64,000 nucleotides of DNA from Candidatus Woesearchaeota archaeon (GCA_016211185.1 JACQST010000043.1:1489-65488); one strand, 5' to 3'. Counted from the stretch's first letter, positions 28,281-37,605 are shown. Made by a program: numbers and translations. The notes: generated from the letters alone by a model not told the origin.

Positions 28281-28910
28281 TCAGGTTATCTTGAACAGGG
28301 CCTCGTACAGCTTCTCGATGTTTGTGCCGTACTTTGCCGCTACTGGTATTACCTCGTATTGCGGGAATGCTGCCTGTATTTTTTTTATGTTTGCCTTTCT
28401 GAGGTCTGTCTTGTTAGCGACGATGAGCATTGGCGTTCGTCGTGCCTCAAGGTTTCCTATTATGGTTATGTTGACCTGGGAGTATGGGTCTTTTGTTGAG
28501 TCCAGCACAACTATGACTGCATCCATGTCATCAAGCCATTTTATTGCGTCGATTACTCCCCTTGTGGCTTCCTTTGCGCGCTTCTTTGCTATTTTGGAAG
28601 GCATGCCTGCCTTCACGAAGTCCTCGTAGTCTATCTTTGTGGCTATTCCTGGGGTATCCACCAGCGTAAAGAGCAGCTCTTTCTTTCCCGACCTTATTAT
28701 GATTTGGTCCTTTAGCTGCACTTCCCTTGTTTCATGGGGTATGTGGCTGACTGTTCCCATCTCCTCGCCTATCCAGTCTATGCAGATTCTGTTTGCAAGG
28801 GTGGTTTTGCCGCCATTCGGAGGCCCGTAAAGTCCTATCTTGATGTTTCTTTTGCTCCTGAAAAGGTGTGTGAATACTCTGTGTATAAGGTTGCTGAAGA
28901 CTGTTATCAT
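28281..28910 (-). CDS. Small Ras/Arf-like GTPase
   Basis: G1 GPPNGGKTT, G3 DTPG and G4 NKTD motifs; 209 aa. Confidence 0.75.
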   Translation of the reverse strand: MITVFSNLIHRVFTHLFRSKRNIKIGLYGPPNGGKTTLANRICIDWIGEEMGTVSHIPHETREVQLKDQIIIRSGKKELLFTLVDTPGIATKIDYEDFVKAGMPSKIAKKRAKEATRGVIDAIKWLDDMDAVIVVLDSTKDPYSQVNITIIGNLEARRTPMLIVANKTDLRKANIKKIQAAFPQYEVIPVAAKYGTNIEKLYEALFKIT

Positions 28911-29004
28911 CCTTTGTGCCTCTTTTCTACCCCCTATCCCCTCGTTGCGATATATAAAAAGATTGCGGTAGCTTTATATATTTCTTTTCTCAGTTTTCTT
29001 TGCC

Positions 29005-29547
29005 ATGATTCCAGTGGTTAAGGAAGACATTCTTCTTGTCCTGAAGGATGTTGATTCGGCTATAGCCAGGAATGATGTTTCCGCTCTGAAGCTTATGAGT
29101 GACAGGACTATACACAATTCATCTATTTTTCAGGATGAGGATTCCATTACTATAGCAGTTGTTATTTACTCACTGTCAAAGATTGCTGAGCGAGGCATAG
29201 TTAAGCTGGAAAGGGCATCTGGGTTTGTGAAGCATGCGCTCAGGCATCTTAAGAGGGATGAGCTGCACAGGTATAAGGCAGTGATGAAGAGGCTTTCAAA
29301 GTTCATTTCAGACAATGATTTCAGGTTCAAGATTTATGTGCAGGACGTCATTGACAAGGCACAGGTTGCCAAGGGCTCCAGGATTTATTACCATGGGATT
29401 TCGCTGGCACAGGCCGCGAATATACTTGGGATTTCACAGTGGGACTTGATGGGGTATGTGGGCAAAACCAAGATAATCGACAGCTATGGCAGGATTGGGA
29501 ACGTCAAGGATAGGCTGAATCTCGCGAGGCGGCTTTTCATAAAATGA
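29005..29547 (+). CDS. UPF0175-like HTH protein (putative antitoxin) with an N-terminal extension of about 100 aa
   Basis: The C-terminal ISLAQAANILGISQWDLMGYVGKTKI matches the UPF0175 HTH; it overlaps the downstream PIN gene by 4 nt (ATGA). Confidence 0.5.
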   Translation: MIPVVKEDILLVLKDVDSAIARNDVSALKLMSDRTIHNSSIFQDEDSITIAVVIYSLSKIAERGIVKLERASGFVKHALRHLKRDELHRYKAVMKRLSKFISDNDFRFKIYVQDVIDKAQVAKGSRIYYHGISLAQAANILGISQWDLMGYVGKTKIIDSYGRIGNVKDRLNLARRLFIK

Positions 29548-30248
29548 GGTCAGTTGTGTTTGATGCGGGGCCGGTCATAAGCCTGAGCATGAACAACCTT
29601 CTCTGGCTACTTGAGCCTCTCAGGAAGAGCTTTGGCGGCGAGTTTCTTATCCCTGAGCCTGTGAAGGAGGAGCTTGTTGACAGGCCGCTTAAGATAAAGC
29701 GGTTTGAGTTCGAGGCGTTGCAGGTTCAGAGCGAGATAGACTGCGGGGTTTTCAGGGTTGTGAATGACACAAGGGTTGACGCGCTTGCAAAGGAGCTCTA
29801 TGAGCTTGCCAACAGCTGCTTCTCTGCAAAGGGCAGCAATATCAGCATGCTTCACTTTGGTGAGGTTTATACGCTTGCATCGGTTTCTGTTATGGGGTGT
29901 GAAGCTGCGGTGGTTGATGAGCGGACTACAAGGGAGCTTGTTGAGAGCCCTGAGGACATTGCGAAGCACATGCAGGCCAAGCTGCACACGAAGGTCAGCA
30001 TTGATTACGGAAGGCTGGACAAGCTGCGCAGCATGGTGGACGGCATGAGAATCTTGAGGTCTGTTGAGCTTGTCGCGGTTGCTTTTGAGATGGGGCTGCT
30101 GGACAGGTATATTGACAGGTGCAGGAACCCTACCGAGGAGATGAGGGCAAGGCTTCTTGACAGTGTTTTGTGGGGCGTGAAGCTTGAGGGCTGCGCAGTC
30201 AGCGAAAAGGAGATTGAGAGGATTATGAGCCTTGAGATGGCTAAATAA
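29544..30248 (+). CDS. PIN-domain protein of the DUF3368 type (putative toxin partner of UPF0175)
   Basis: VVFDAGPVISLSMNNLLWLLEPLRKSFGGEFLIPEPVKEEL matches the DUF3368 N-terminus. Confidence 0.5.
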   Translation: MRSVVFDAGPVISLSMNNLLWLLEPLRKSFGGEFLIPEPVKEELVDRPLKIKRFEFEALQVQSEIDCGVFRVVNDTRVDALAKELYELANSCFSAKGSNISMLHFGEVYTLASVSVMGCEAAVVDERTTRELVESPEDIAKHMQAKLHTKVSIDYGRLDKLRSMVDGMRILRSVELVAVAFEMGLLDRYIDRCRNPTEEMRARLLDSVLWGVKLEGCAVSEKEIERIMSLEMAK

Positions 30249-30259
30249 GTGGCGACATT

Positions 30260-31204
30260 TCAGGATTTCATTATCTTCGCTATGAAAAAGCCTTCTGTGT
30301 CGTTGTCCTGTGGCCATATCCTCAGGCATTTCCCGATATTCTTATCGTATTCATCCCCATCAAATTGTGCTATAGTTTCGGAGCTTTTCACCGCGAGGCT
30401 TATCTTTTGGAGCTTTGCACCTTCCTCATTCTTTAGCAGGTGGTCAACCGCCCCTTCGTTCTCCTCCGGCTCCATTGAGCAGGTCGAGTAGACGAGTGTT
30501 CCGCCTTGGTTTAGGAGGCTGTATGCCTTTTTTATGAGGCCTTTCTGCATGGCCGCAAGCCTTTTGACAAGGGCATAATTGTATTGCTGGAGAACGTGCA
30601 GGTTTCTTCTTATTGTTCCTGTGGCTGAACAGGGCGCATCCAGCAGTATTTTGTCAAATGTCTGTATTCTCATGTTCCTTCCCTCCATGTGCGTTATGAC
30701 TGTGTTTGCTACTCCTGCTCTGTTAAGGTTGAGTCCCAGCGCTTTGATTCTGTCAGCATTGATGTCGTTTGCTATTATGGCCCCTTTGTTTGCCATCATG
30801 GCTGCCATCTGGGTTGTCTTGCTGCCTGGCGCTGCGCACATGTCCAGCACGGTTTGGTGAGGACGGGGGGATAGTGCAAGGGGCGGTATCATGCTTGCTG
30901 ATTCCTGGACATATATGTAGCCCAGTATGTGCTCAGGCAGGTTGCCTATGTCCAGCCTGCTTCCGGTTATCCAGAACCCTTCCCTGCACCATGGTATCTG
31001 CTCAAGCTGCCAGTCTTGAGACAGCCTCCTCCTGAGTTCCTTGACAGTTATCTTTAGGGTGTTGACCCTTATGCTTCTCCTTATGAAAGAGGTTGAGTGC
31101 TCCATGAAGTCAGGATATTTTTCTTGCAAGAGTTCACTATACCTTTCCTTGAATTCTTTTTTTATAACAAGGCTTTCTCTTCCCGGTATTGGCTTGAGGG
31201 GCAT
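30260..31204 (-). CDS. NOL1/NOP2/Sun-family RNA cytosine-C5 methyltransferase
   Basis: MCAAPGSKTTQMAA SAM motif, DAPCSATG and TLVYSTCSMEPEENE catalytic cysteine motifs. Confidence 0.85.
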   Translation of the reverse strand: MPLKPIPGRESLVIKKEFKERYSELLQEKYPDFMEHSTSFIRRSIRVNTLKITVKELRRRLSQDWQLEQIPWCREGFWITGSRLDIGNLPEHILGYIYVQESASMIPPLALSPRPHQTVLDMCAAPGSKTTQMAAMMANKGAIIANDINADRIKALGLNLNRAGVANTVITHMEGRNMRIQTFDKILLDAPCSATGTIRRNLHVLQQYNYALVKRLAAMQKGLIKKAYSLLNQGGTLVYSTCSMEPEENEGAVDHLLKNEEGAKLQKISLAVKSSETIAQFDGDEYDKNIGKCLRIWPQDNDTEGFFIAKIMKS

Positions 31205-31205
31205 T

Positions 31206-31817
31206 TTAGGTCAGGCGCAGGTTTTCTGCTCCGAGCACAAATATGCTTATGCCGCCTGAGACTACTCCGGCAAGTATCATTATGAGCCCTGTCTTTATCA
31301 TGCTCTCCTTTGATATCCTTCCGAGGAAGGCTCCCAGGAGGAAAAGTGTGGAGAATGCTATTGCTGCAGAGTATATGTACATCTGCTTTACTGTCAGGAA
31401 TGGAGATAGCAGTAGGAAGGGCAGCAGTATTATCAATGCGGATAGGAAAGGCGCTAGTCCGTCAATTATTGCTATTATGAAAACTGCTGCTGTGGCTGCT
31501 CGGCCTATCTTTGTTTCCGACAGCTTTGACAGGGTTGCCCGCTCAAGCTCCCTTATTTCTCTTTGCCTTTCTGCCCTCTCAGTCAGGTATGCGCCCCATA
31601 TCCCTGACACGCCCATGGCTATGCCTGCTCCGATGCTTGTGCTTATGACAACCTTCGGGTGCGAGCCCACTATGTAGCTTCCTATCAGGATGCCCATTAT
31701 GGCAAGCACCCCGTCAAAGGCATTCATGACGAAGTAACGCCTGGCTATTCGGTCTATCTTGGCTATTCGGTTGTAGTCCTTGAGTACCTTCAGCTTGGCG
31801 TTTATTGTAGAAAGCAT
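31206..31817 (-). CDS. VIT1/CCC1-family membrane protein (putative Fe/Mn transporter)
   Basis: MNAFDGVLAIMGILIG...IGAGIAMGVSGIWGAYLTERAERQRE pattern. Confidence 0.45.
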   Translation of the reverse strand: MLSTINAKLKVLKDYNRIAKIDRIARRYFVMNAFDGVLAIMGILIGSYIVGSHPKVVISTSIGAGIAMGVSGIWGAYLTERAERQREIRELERATLSKLSETKIGRAATAAVFIIAIIDGLAPFLSALIILLPFLLLSPFLTVKQMYIYSAAIAFSTLFLLGAFLGRISKESMIKTGLIMILAGVVSGGISIFVLGAENLRLT

Positions 31818-31824
31818 GATGAGC

Positions 31825-32094
31825 TTAGCTGCCGACTACCTTCTTTCCTGTTGATACGCGGTCTATGCTCTTGACTGTTGCGCCGTAGTCATTTATTATC
31901 TTGAGCAGGCTGTCGTACATGAAGTCAGTCCCCTCTATGGTTATCTTGGCTGTCTCGACTTTCCTGTCGACAGACATGATTGTGACGTCAACGCCCTCCA
32001 CTCCCTTGACAGAGCCCAGTTTCCTGGCCATGTCCAGTATGGACGGCTCGTGCGGCTTCAGCACGTCCAGTACCATAAGCTTTACCACTCCCAT
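31825..32094 (-). CDS. DUF211-family protein
   Basis: 89 aa, VLDVLKPHEP...; lies next to a YchF-type GTPase. Confidence 0.4.
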   Translation of the reverse strand: MGVVKLMVLDVLKPHEPSILDMARKLGSVKGVEGVDVTIMSVDRKVETAKITIEGTDFMYDSLLKIINDYGATVKSIDRVSTGKKVVGS

Positions 32095-32174
32095 GCACTG
32101 AAGCTCGGCGGTTTTGTTTAAATAGTTATTGGTTTTTTTAGTTTCTACAGATTAGTTTGTACAGATATTTGCCT

Positions 32175-33371
32175 TTACTTATCACTCACTATCTCCACAA
32201 CATCGCCTGTCTGGAGAAGGTGCTCTTTGCCTACTGTTATTCTTTTCTTCACGTCTATTGCCCGGATGAAGCTGTTCCCTATGTCTGTGTGTATCCTGTA
32301 AGCGAAGTCCAGTGCAGTTGTGTTTTGGGGCATGAGGAAGCAGTCTGGCAGGACTCTTCCGTACTGGTCTGAGAGCTTGTTTAGGCCGCCTGGGAAAATC
32401 GCGATGTATTTCAGTACTTCAAACACTGCCTTGTTCAGTGTTTCCTGAACTCCTGTGATTCCGTATTCTTCAAGGACTTTCTGCCTGATGAATTCAAGCG
32501 CTTTTCTTTGCTGGGGGGTTAGCTCTATGTCGCTTTTTATCGTAAACCACGGGTCGCCTGCCCTGTATGCTATAAGCTCTTTCCTTGCAGCCTCTTTTAG
32601 CGCGAGTTCAGCTTCAGCGCTTGTAGGTATTATCGTGTAGTGCGGGAACTGCTGTTTTAGTGCTGGAAGGTTTTTTTTGCCTGATTCTGTGTCGACCTTG
32701 TTCGCTGCTATTATCATTGGCTTTGTCTCTTTCCTGAGCTCTGTTGCAAAGCTTGCGAGGTCCTGCTCAGTCCATTTTATGGGGTTTTCAGCAAGCTTCA
32801 GCTTTTCTATTATTGATGCAGCCATTTTTTCTGTTGCGTTTAGGCCTGAGAACTGTTTGGCTATGGCTATGCTTGCCTTTTTCTGCTCCATTAGTGCCTG
32901 CCTTGAGAACTTCTCCCATGGCTTTTTAAGGATTGACAGATACCATAAATCAAGCTCCTGCTCAAGGAAGGCTATGTCGTTTGCAGGGTTGTGGCTTCCT
33001 TCCGGAACAGGCTCGCCGTTTGCGTTGGTTGAGCCTGACGCGTCAATTATGTGTATGAGCACGTGGGCCTGCCTGAGGTCATCAAGGAACTGGTTGCCGA
33101 GCCCTTTTCCCTGGTGTGCTCCCGGAACGAGCCCTGCCACGTCAAGCAGTTCTACTGGGACAAACCTGTTTCCATCAGAGCAGTAGCCTTCACGGGGGTT
33201 GCACTGTACGCCGAAAGACCTGTCTGCGCAGGCTGTGCGCACATATCCAACCCCTCTGTTTGGCTTTATGGTTGTGAACGGGTAAGGGGCTATTGCGACT
33301 TCTGCAAGGGTGAGCGCCTTGAAGAAGGTGCTTTTTCCGCATGATGGCTTCCCGACTATCCCTATGAGCAT
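32175..33371 (-). CDS. ychF: Obg-like GTPase/ATPase of the YchF/Ola1 type with a C-terminal TGS domain
   Basis: GIVGKPSCGKSTFF P-loop, DVAGLV and NKVD motifs, and a C-terminal TGS-like region. Confidence 0.8.
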   Translation of the reverse strand: MLIGIVGKPSCGKSTFFKALTLAEVAIAPYPFTTIKPNRGVGYVRTACADRSFGVQCNPREGYCSDGNRFVPVELLDVAGLVPGAHQGKGLGNQFLDDLRQAHVLIHIIDASGSTNANGEPVPEGSHNPANDIAFLEQELDLWYLSILKKPWEKFSRQALMEQKKASIAIAKQFSGLNATEKMAASIIEKLKLAENPIKWTEQDLASFATELRKETKPMIIAANKVDTESGKKNLPALKQQFPHYTIIPTSAEAELALKEAARKELIAYRAGDPWFTIKSDIELTPQQRKALEFIRQKVLEEYGITGVQETLNKAVFEVLKYIAIFPGGLNKLSDQYGRVLPDCFLMPQNTTALDFAYRIHTDIGNSFIRAIDVKKRITVGKEHLLQTGDVVEIVSDK

Positions 33372-33374
33372 GTT

Positions 33375-34031
33375 TTGGGTGGTGCGCGAAAGGTTTATAA
33401 ATTATGCGCGGGATTTTGGTGCATGGCCGGAGACAAGATTGTTCTTCCTGATCTCGAGATAATTTACAAGGATGTGTGGGTGATGCTTTATCTCTACAGG
33501 GTTACCAGATACTGGTTTTACGAGAATGGCTGGAATGACTTGACGAACAACCCAGATCACCAGAACATTGAGCACCTTTACTTGGAGCGAAGGGGAACTT
33601 CTTTCTCTCCGACTCATAGGGAGCTGAGGATTTGGTGGAGGGTTCAGAAGGTTCCCTTGTTTGTAGGCAGGGCTTACTACAATTACAGGCTTGACTTTGA
33701 GTTTAATGGCATCCAGATGACTGATGTTGAGGTGGTGAAGGATGACAAGAAAATCAAGGCCCAGCACGGCGAGCTTAGAATAACTATAAAACCATTCATC
33801 CAGCTTGAGACCCACCCAGGCATCAAGTCTCCTTCGTGGAGCAAGCACTTTCTTCTGAGATATATTGAGAGCTATTTCAAGCAGAGGGTTCTGAAGAGGA
33901 CTCTTGAGGACCACAAGAAGGAGCTGTACAGGGAGGCTTACAGGCTGCAGGGCATGCTCAAGAAGTATCTCGAGCTCAAGACGTTCCTGCCAGAGATGGA
34001 GACCTTCCAGGAGAAGTTTGAGCACATATAG
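33375..34031 (+). CDS. Hypothetical protein
   Basis: Track ORF with no known domain; the start is uncertain (MAGDKIVLPD is likely). Confidence 0.4.
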   Translation: MGGARKVYKLCAGFWCMAGDKIVLPDLEIIYKDVWVMLYLYRVTRYWFYENGWNDLTNNPDHQNIEHLYLERRGTSFSPTHRELRIWWRVQKVPLFVGRAYYNYRLDFEFNGIQMTDVEVVKDDKKIKAQHGELRITIKPFIQLETHPGIKSPSWSKHFLLRYIESYFKQRVLKRTLEDHKKELYREAYRLQGMLKKYLELKTFLPEMETFQEKFEHI

Positions 34032-34076
34032 GGAAAAACCAGTCTTTTCAAAAGACTGGTTTTTCATTGTCTGTAT

Positions 34077-34502
34077 CTATACTGTGCGGTATGAGCCTCT
34101 GTCCCAGTTGCTGTTGCCCTCAAGACAGTCCTTGAGTGCTGTGCAGTTTTTGCTGATGCAGGTGGAAATCAATGCAATTGCCTGGGAGAGTTCCGGCTCT
34201 CTTTTCCAGCCTGAATTCAGGTCGTTAGAGACTCTCTGCCTTTCTTTTCCAAGAACAGATTGGCATAGAGACGCAGAAGCTTCTATTCTTTTTCTTGCCT
34301 CTTCCAAATGCTTTGCAGCATTTTCAATTCCTCTATCCCCATTAGCTGCCCTCTTTTCGATTTCGTTCTGGACCCTCTCAAGGTTCACAGCAGCCTTTCC
34401 AAGGTCATAAATCGCGCTCTCCAGCTCAGCCCTGTAGTCTTCTCGGGGAGCATGCTGCAAATTGTGGTCTGCTGTTTTTATGGAAGAAAGTGCATTGTCC
34501 AA
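34077..34502 (-). CDS. Hypothetical protein (141 aa, helical)
   Basis: Track ORF. Confidence 0.4.
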   Translation of the reverse strand: MDNALSSIKTADHNLQHAPREDYRAELESAIYDLGKAAVNLERVQNEIEKRAANGDRGIENAAKHLEEARKRIEASASLCQSVLGKERQRVSNDLNSGWKREPELSQAIALISTCISKNCTALKDCLEGNSNWDRGSYRTV

Positions 34503-34700
34503 GTCTTCGGCCAGCTTATTTAATGCGCCTGCATTCGAAGAAAAAAGGAAGTCAAATAAACAATGACGTGATGTGTTGCGCGGGCAATTTCCACGTATTC
34601 TTGACCATCGGCCACTTTTAGGAATGCGTGGTATTCTCTGTCCTTGTACCGCAGGAGTGAAAACGTTCGGTGGTTTAGCGCAAAGTCATACGGTTCCATT

Positions 34701-35795
34701 TTACTCTTTTTCTCCAATAAGTTCAAGAAATAGTGCTGCCCACAGCATGCCTGCGTCTGAGTGGTAGAACGCCGACCTAAATGGCCGTTCCGGCGTTGCG
34801 AAGACCTCCATGTAGTTTCCGTGCCTCTCGATTGTTTCCGCATATTTATTTGTTTGCTGCATTGCTTCTTCAGGGCTGATTTTTTTGAGTAGGCTGATGT
34901 ATATTGGTCCGAGCTGCGCCCATATGGCGTCTGTCTGCCAGCCCTTCACCAGTATCTCGTAGGATATCATTTTCTGCCTGACTTCCCTGCTGGTGTATTT
35001 GAGCGGAAGGGGCTTGTCAAGGCCTTCCTGCTTTATTGCGCTGACTGATTTCTTGAGCATTGCTCTTTCAGTGAACAGTCCTGTCCAGTATGGGATTGTG
35101 TTTGCGTCGCCTGCCACGTGTTCGCTGCCGCCAAGGTCGTCAAGGAAGTATGAGCCGTTCCAGAAGTTTTCCCTTATTATTCTCTTGTATTTGTAGTGTT
35201 TGAGCGGGTTTGGTATGCCGAGGCAGGCAAGTTCCTGTGAAAGCATGGCCAGCACGGTGTTGTCGTAGCAGGAGCTTGCCCTCTTTGCATAGTCCTTCAT
35301 TGAGGAAAGCGTTTTCTGTTTTTTCACTAGGCCTGTTTCATGGTCTATGCAGTGTGCGTATATTGTTTGGGCTTCCTTTCTGAGGAGCCTTCTGTGTGCC
35401 TGCGTGAGGCTTAGGCCTGTTGCCCTTGCGCTGCGGGCCATGAATGCTGCTGAGTCCACTCCGTAATACGGGAAGTCAAACGGCTTCCCATTCGGCGTTA
35501 TTGCGACAGCTATGTGGTTCTTTCTTGAGTATTTGTCAAGGGCGTATTTGACTGTTTTCCTGGCTTGTTCGGCATATCCCAGCTTTATGAGCGCGTCAGC
35601 GCATATGCCGAAGTCCCTTGCATAGAACTGTGAGAAGTGGCCTGAGCTGGTCTGGAAGTATTTCGTGTTCCAGCAGTCCTTAACGACTTGGAGGCAGATT
35701 TGCCTTGCTGTTCCCTTGTATCTTTTGTGCCCGTATATTTTCCTGTCGAGTGAGTGCCTGAATATCCTCATGCCTTCGAACAGGTGTGTTATCAT
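34701..35795 (-). CDS. Putative (alpha/alpha)6-barrel glycoside-hydrolase-like protein
   Basis: 364 aa with Trp/Tyr-rich repeated helical hairpins (ANTIPYWTGLF, GMLWAALFLE); the family was not resolved. Confidence 0.4.
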   Translation of the reverse strand: MITHLFEGMRIFRHSLDRKIYGHKRYKGTARQICLQVVKDCWNTKYFQTSSGHFSQFYARDFGICADALIKLGYAEQARKTVKYALDKYSRKNHIAVAITPNGKPFDFPYYGVDSAAFMARSARATGLSLTQAHRRLLRKEAQTIYAHCIDHETGLVKKQKTLSSMKDYAKRASSCYDNTVLAMLSQELACLGIPNPLKHYKYKRIIRENFWNGSYFLDDLGGSEHVAGDANTIPYWTGLFTERAMLKKSVSAIKQEGLDKPLPLKYTSREVRQKMISYEILVKGWQTDAIWAQLGPIYISLLKKISPEEAMQQTNKYAETIERHGNYMEVFATPERPFRSAFYHSDAGMLWAALFLELIGEKE

Positions 35796-35827
35796 TATTA
35801 CTGGATTATTGACTTTATTGGCTTATT

Positions 35828-35937
35828 GAACTTTATACGAGCCTGCGGGGACTTTCGTAGCTGCGCTGAATTCGAACCCCGAACCGACAGCTTAGGAGGC
35901 TGTCGCCCTTTCCGGGAAAGTTTCTATCCAGATTAGG
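35828..35937 (-). tRNA. Putative tRNA-Arg(CCU) with two non-canonical introns (about 16 nt in the D-arm, about 19 nt in the T-arm)
   Basis: Minus strand: acceptor GAGCCTG/CAGGCTC, D-loop AATCTGGATA, anticodon stem-loop ACAGC-CTCCTAA-GCTGT, T-arm CGGGG-TTCGAAT-[19-nt insert]-CCCCG. A palindromic 16-nt insert AAACTTTCCCGGAAAG sits in the D-arm. The mature length is about 75 nt. Confidence 0.45.
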
Positions 35938-36033
35938 CTACAGGCTCGCGGATTAATGTTTATTAATGATTATTTAAAAAGGTTCTTAATTTGCATTTGG
36001 CGAATGAGTTAGAAGGCTGGCGGTTGCTCGCTC

Positions 36034-36585
36034 CTACATCAGCTTTATGATTGCAGGGGCGAATCTGGTAAATAGTAGTATGTTGAAGAGCACGTTTGAG
36101 CCTACGTATATTGCCCCGTAAAGCAGTGTGCCGCCTGTTGCAAGCTGGATTGGCGCGGTTATTGCGTGATAGGCTATGACCATGGTTATCCCGAGGGCTG
36201 TTATGTTCCAGTTTGAGAATAGGTCGGCAAGCACTGCTATTACTGCTATTCCGAGTAGGGACGGCATTGCTGTGTGGTCAAGCTTTTCCGAGAGTATCTT
36301 GCTGGCGAGTGTCGATATGATGCCTGTTGCAAGCCCTATGACTGCTCCGTAGCTGGCTGCTGTGAGTATGGTTGAGAATTTTATGAGCTCGAAGTTGATT
36401 GGGCTCTTGAAGAAGTTGTGGTAAAAGGTGGAGACTGTTGCTATTATCAGAAGCGATGTCACGAAGAATATTATGTTAAGTTTCCTTCCGAAGATTAGGA
36501 TGACTGCAAGCACTGCTATTGTGGCTATGAAAAGCTTAAGGTAGTATGGCTTTAGGGTTCTGTTGAGTTTCGAAAGGTTTTTCAT
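36034..36585 (-). CDS. Hypothetical membrane protein (183 aa); paralog of 38133..38690
   Basis: Shares STFYHNFFKSPINFELIK...TIL.A.Y.AV.G...GI.STL.S...LDH with the paralog. Confidence 0.55.
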   Translation of the reverse strand: MKNLSKLNRTLKPYYLKLFIATIAVLAVILIFGRKLNIIFFVTSLLIIATVSTFYHNFFKSPINFELIKFSTILTAASYGAVIGLATGIISTLASKILSEKLDHTAMPSLLGIAVIAVLADLFSNWNITALGITMVIAYHAITAPIQLATGGTLLYGAIYVGSNVLFNILLFTRFAPAIIKLM

Positions 36586-36609
36586 TTATGCCCTGTTTTT
36601 GGCTTTATT

Positions 36610-37605
36610 TTGATAAATGTTGTGTTTGGGATGGAAATCAAATGCAGGGCTGAGGATTTTGTTGTTGATGAGGAATTCACTATGCCTGCTTTGGATGGCG
36701 GGCAGTTCTCATACTTTGTGTTGGGAAAGAGGGGGATGAACACGAGTGACGCTGTGAGGCTGGTTGCCAGGCTTTTCTGGGTTAACTCGGGGAGCATAGG
36801 CTATGCGGGACTCAAGGACAGAGTGTCGGTGAGTTCACAGCTTATCTCTGTGAAGGGATTGGGAAAAGGGTTTAGGCAGGATTTCGCCAGAGGCGGTGTT
36901 TCGCTCAGGTTTCTTGGCACAGGTTCGAGTCCTGTGACGCTTGGTTGCCTGAAGGGAAATCTTTTCTCGGTAGTTGCGAGGCGTGTTTCGAGGGAAGAGG
37001 CAAGCGCTTTTGTGCAGAAGGTCCATGCTTTTTCTGACAAGAACTACCGGATGCCTAACTTCTTCGGCGAGCAGAGGTTTGGAAACAGCAACCATCTTGT
37101 GGGCAAAGCCATAATCTCGGGCGATTTGAAGGCTGCAGCGCGCATGGTTTTCGGCAGCGTTAATGGGGACTGCGCGGCTGCTCTCAGGTCTTTGCCACGG
37201 AAGATGGCTTTGCTTTATGTGCACGCATACCAGTCTTTCCTCTTCAACAGGTGCCTTTCAGCGCTGGCTTCAGACACTGGAGAGTTTTCTCTGCCTCTGG
37301 TTGGCTTCGGGACTGAGCTTGAATCGCTGGAGGGGAGAAGGGGAATAGTTGCAGATATCCTTGAGGAGGAATGCGTGCGGCCAAGAAGCTTCGTCGTGAG
37401 GAGCCTGCCTGAGCTCAGCTGTGAGGGTGGTGAGCGGGCTGCGTTTGTAAGGGTGAGAGATTTCAGGCACAGGATGGCTGATGACGAGATGAACCCCGGC
37501 TTTTTGAAGTGTGAGCTGTCCTTTTGGCTTCCCAAGGGGAGCTACGCAACTGTGCTTGTGCGTTTTCTTTTTGGAGAGCTATCCGAGGTATGCAAGCCTG
37601 TCTGA
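36610..37605 (+). CDS. truD: tRNA pseudouridine synthase TruD/Pus7 family
   Basis: GYAGLKDRVSVSSQ and NFFGEQRFG motifs. Confidence 0.8.
   Translation: MINVVFGMEIKCRAEDFVVDEEFTMPALDGGQFSYFVLGKRGMNTSDAVRLVARLFWVNSGSIGYAGLKDRVSVSSQLISVKGLGKGFRQDFARGGVSLRFLGTGSSPVTLGCLKGNLFSVVARRVSREEASAFVQKVHAFSDKNYRMPNFFGEQRFGNSNHLVGKAIISGDLKAAARMVFGSVNGDCAAALRSLPRKMALLYVHAYQSFLFNRCLSALASDTGEFSLPLVGFGTELESLEGRRGIVADILEEECVRPRSFVVRSLPELSCEGGERAAFVRVRDFRHRMADDEMNPGFLKCELSFWLPKGSYATVLVRFLFGELSEVCKPV

Noticed and set aside
34520-34843. 107-aa minus-strand ORF overlapping the 3' end of the glycoside-hydrolase-like gene
   Set aside because: The first half overlaps the better-supported 364-aa gene in another frame. 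A short downstream protein from the internal ATG (about 59 aa) is possible but not supportable.
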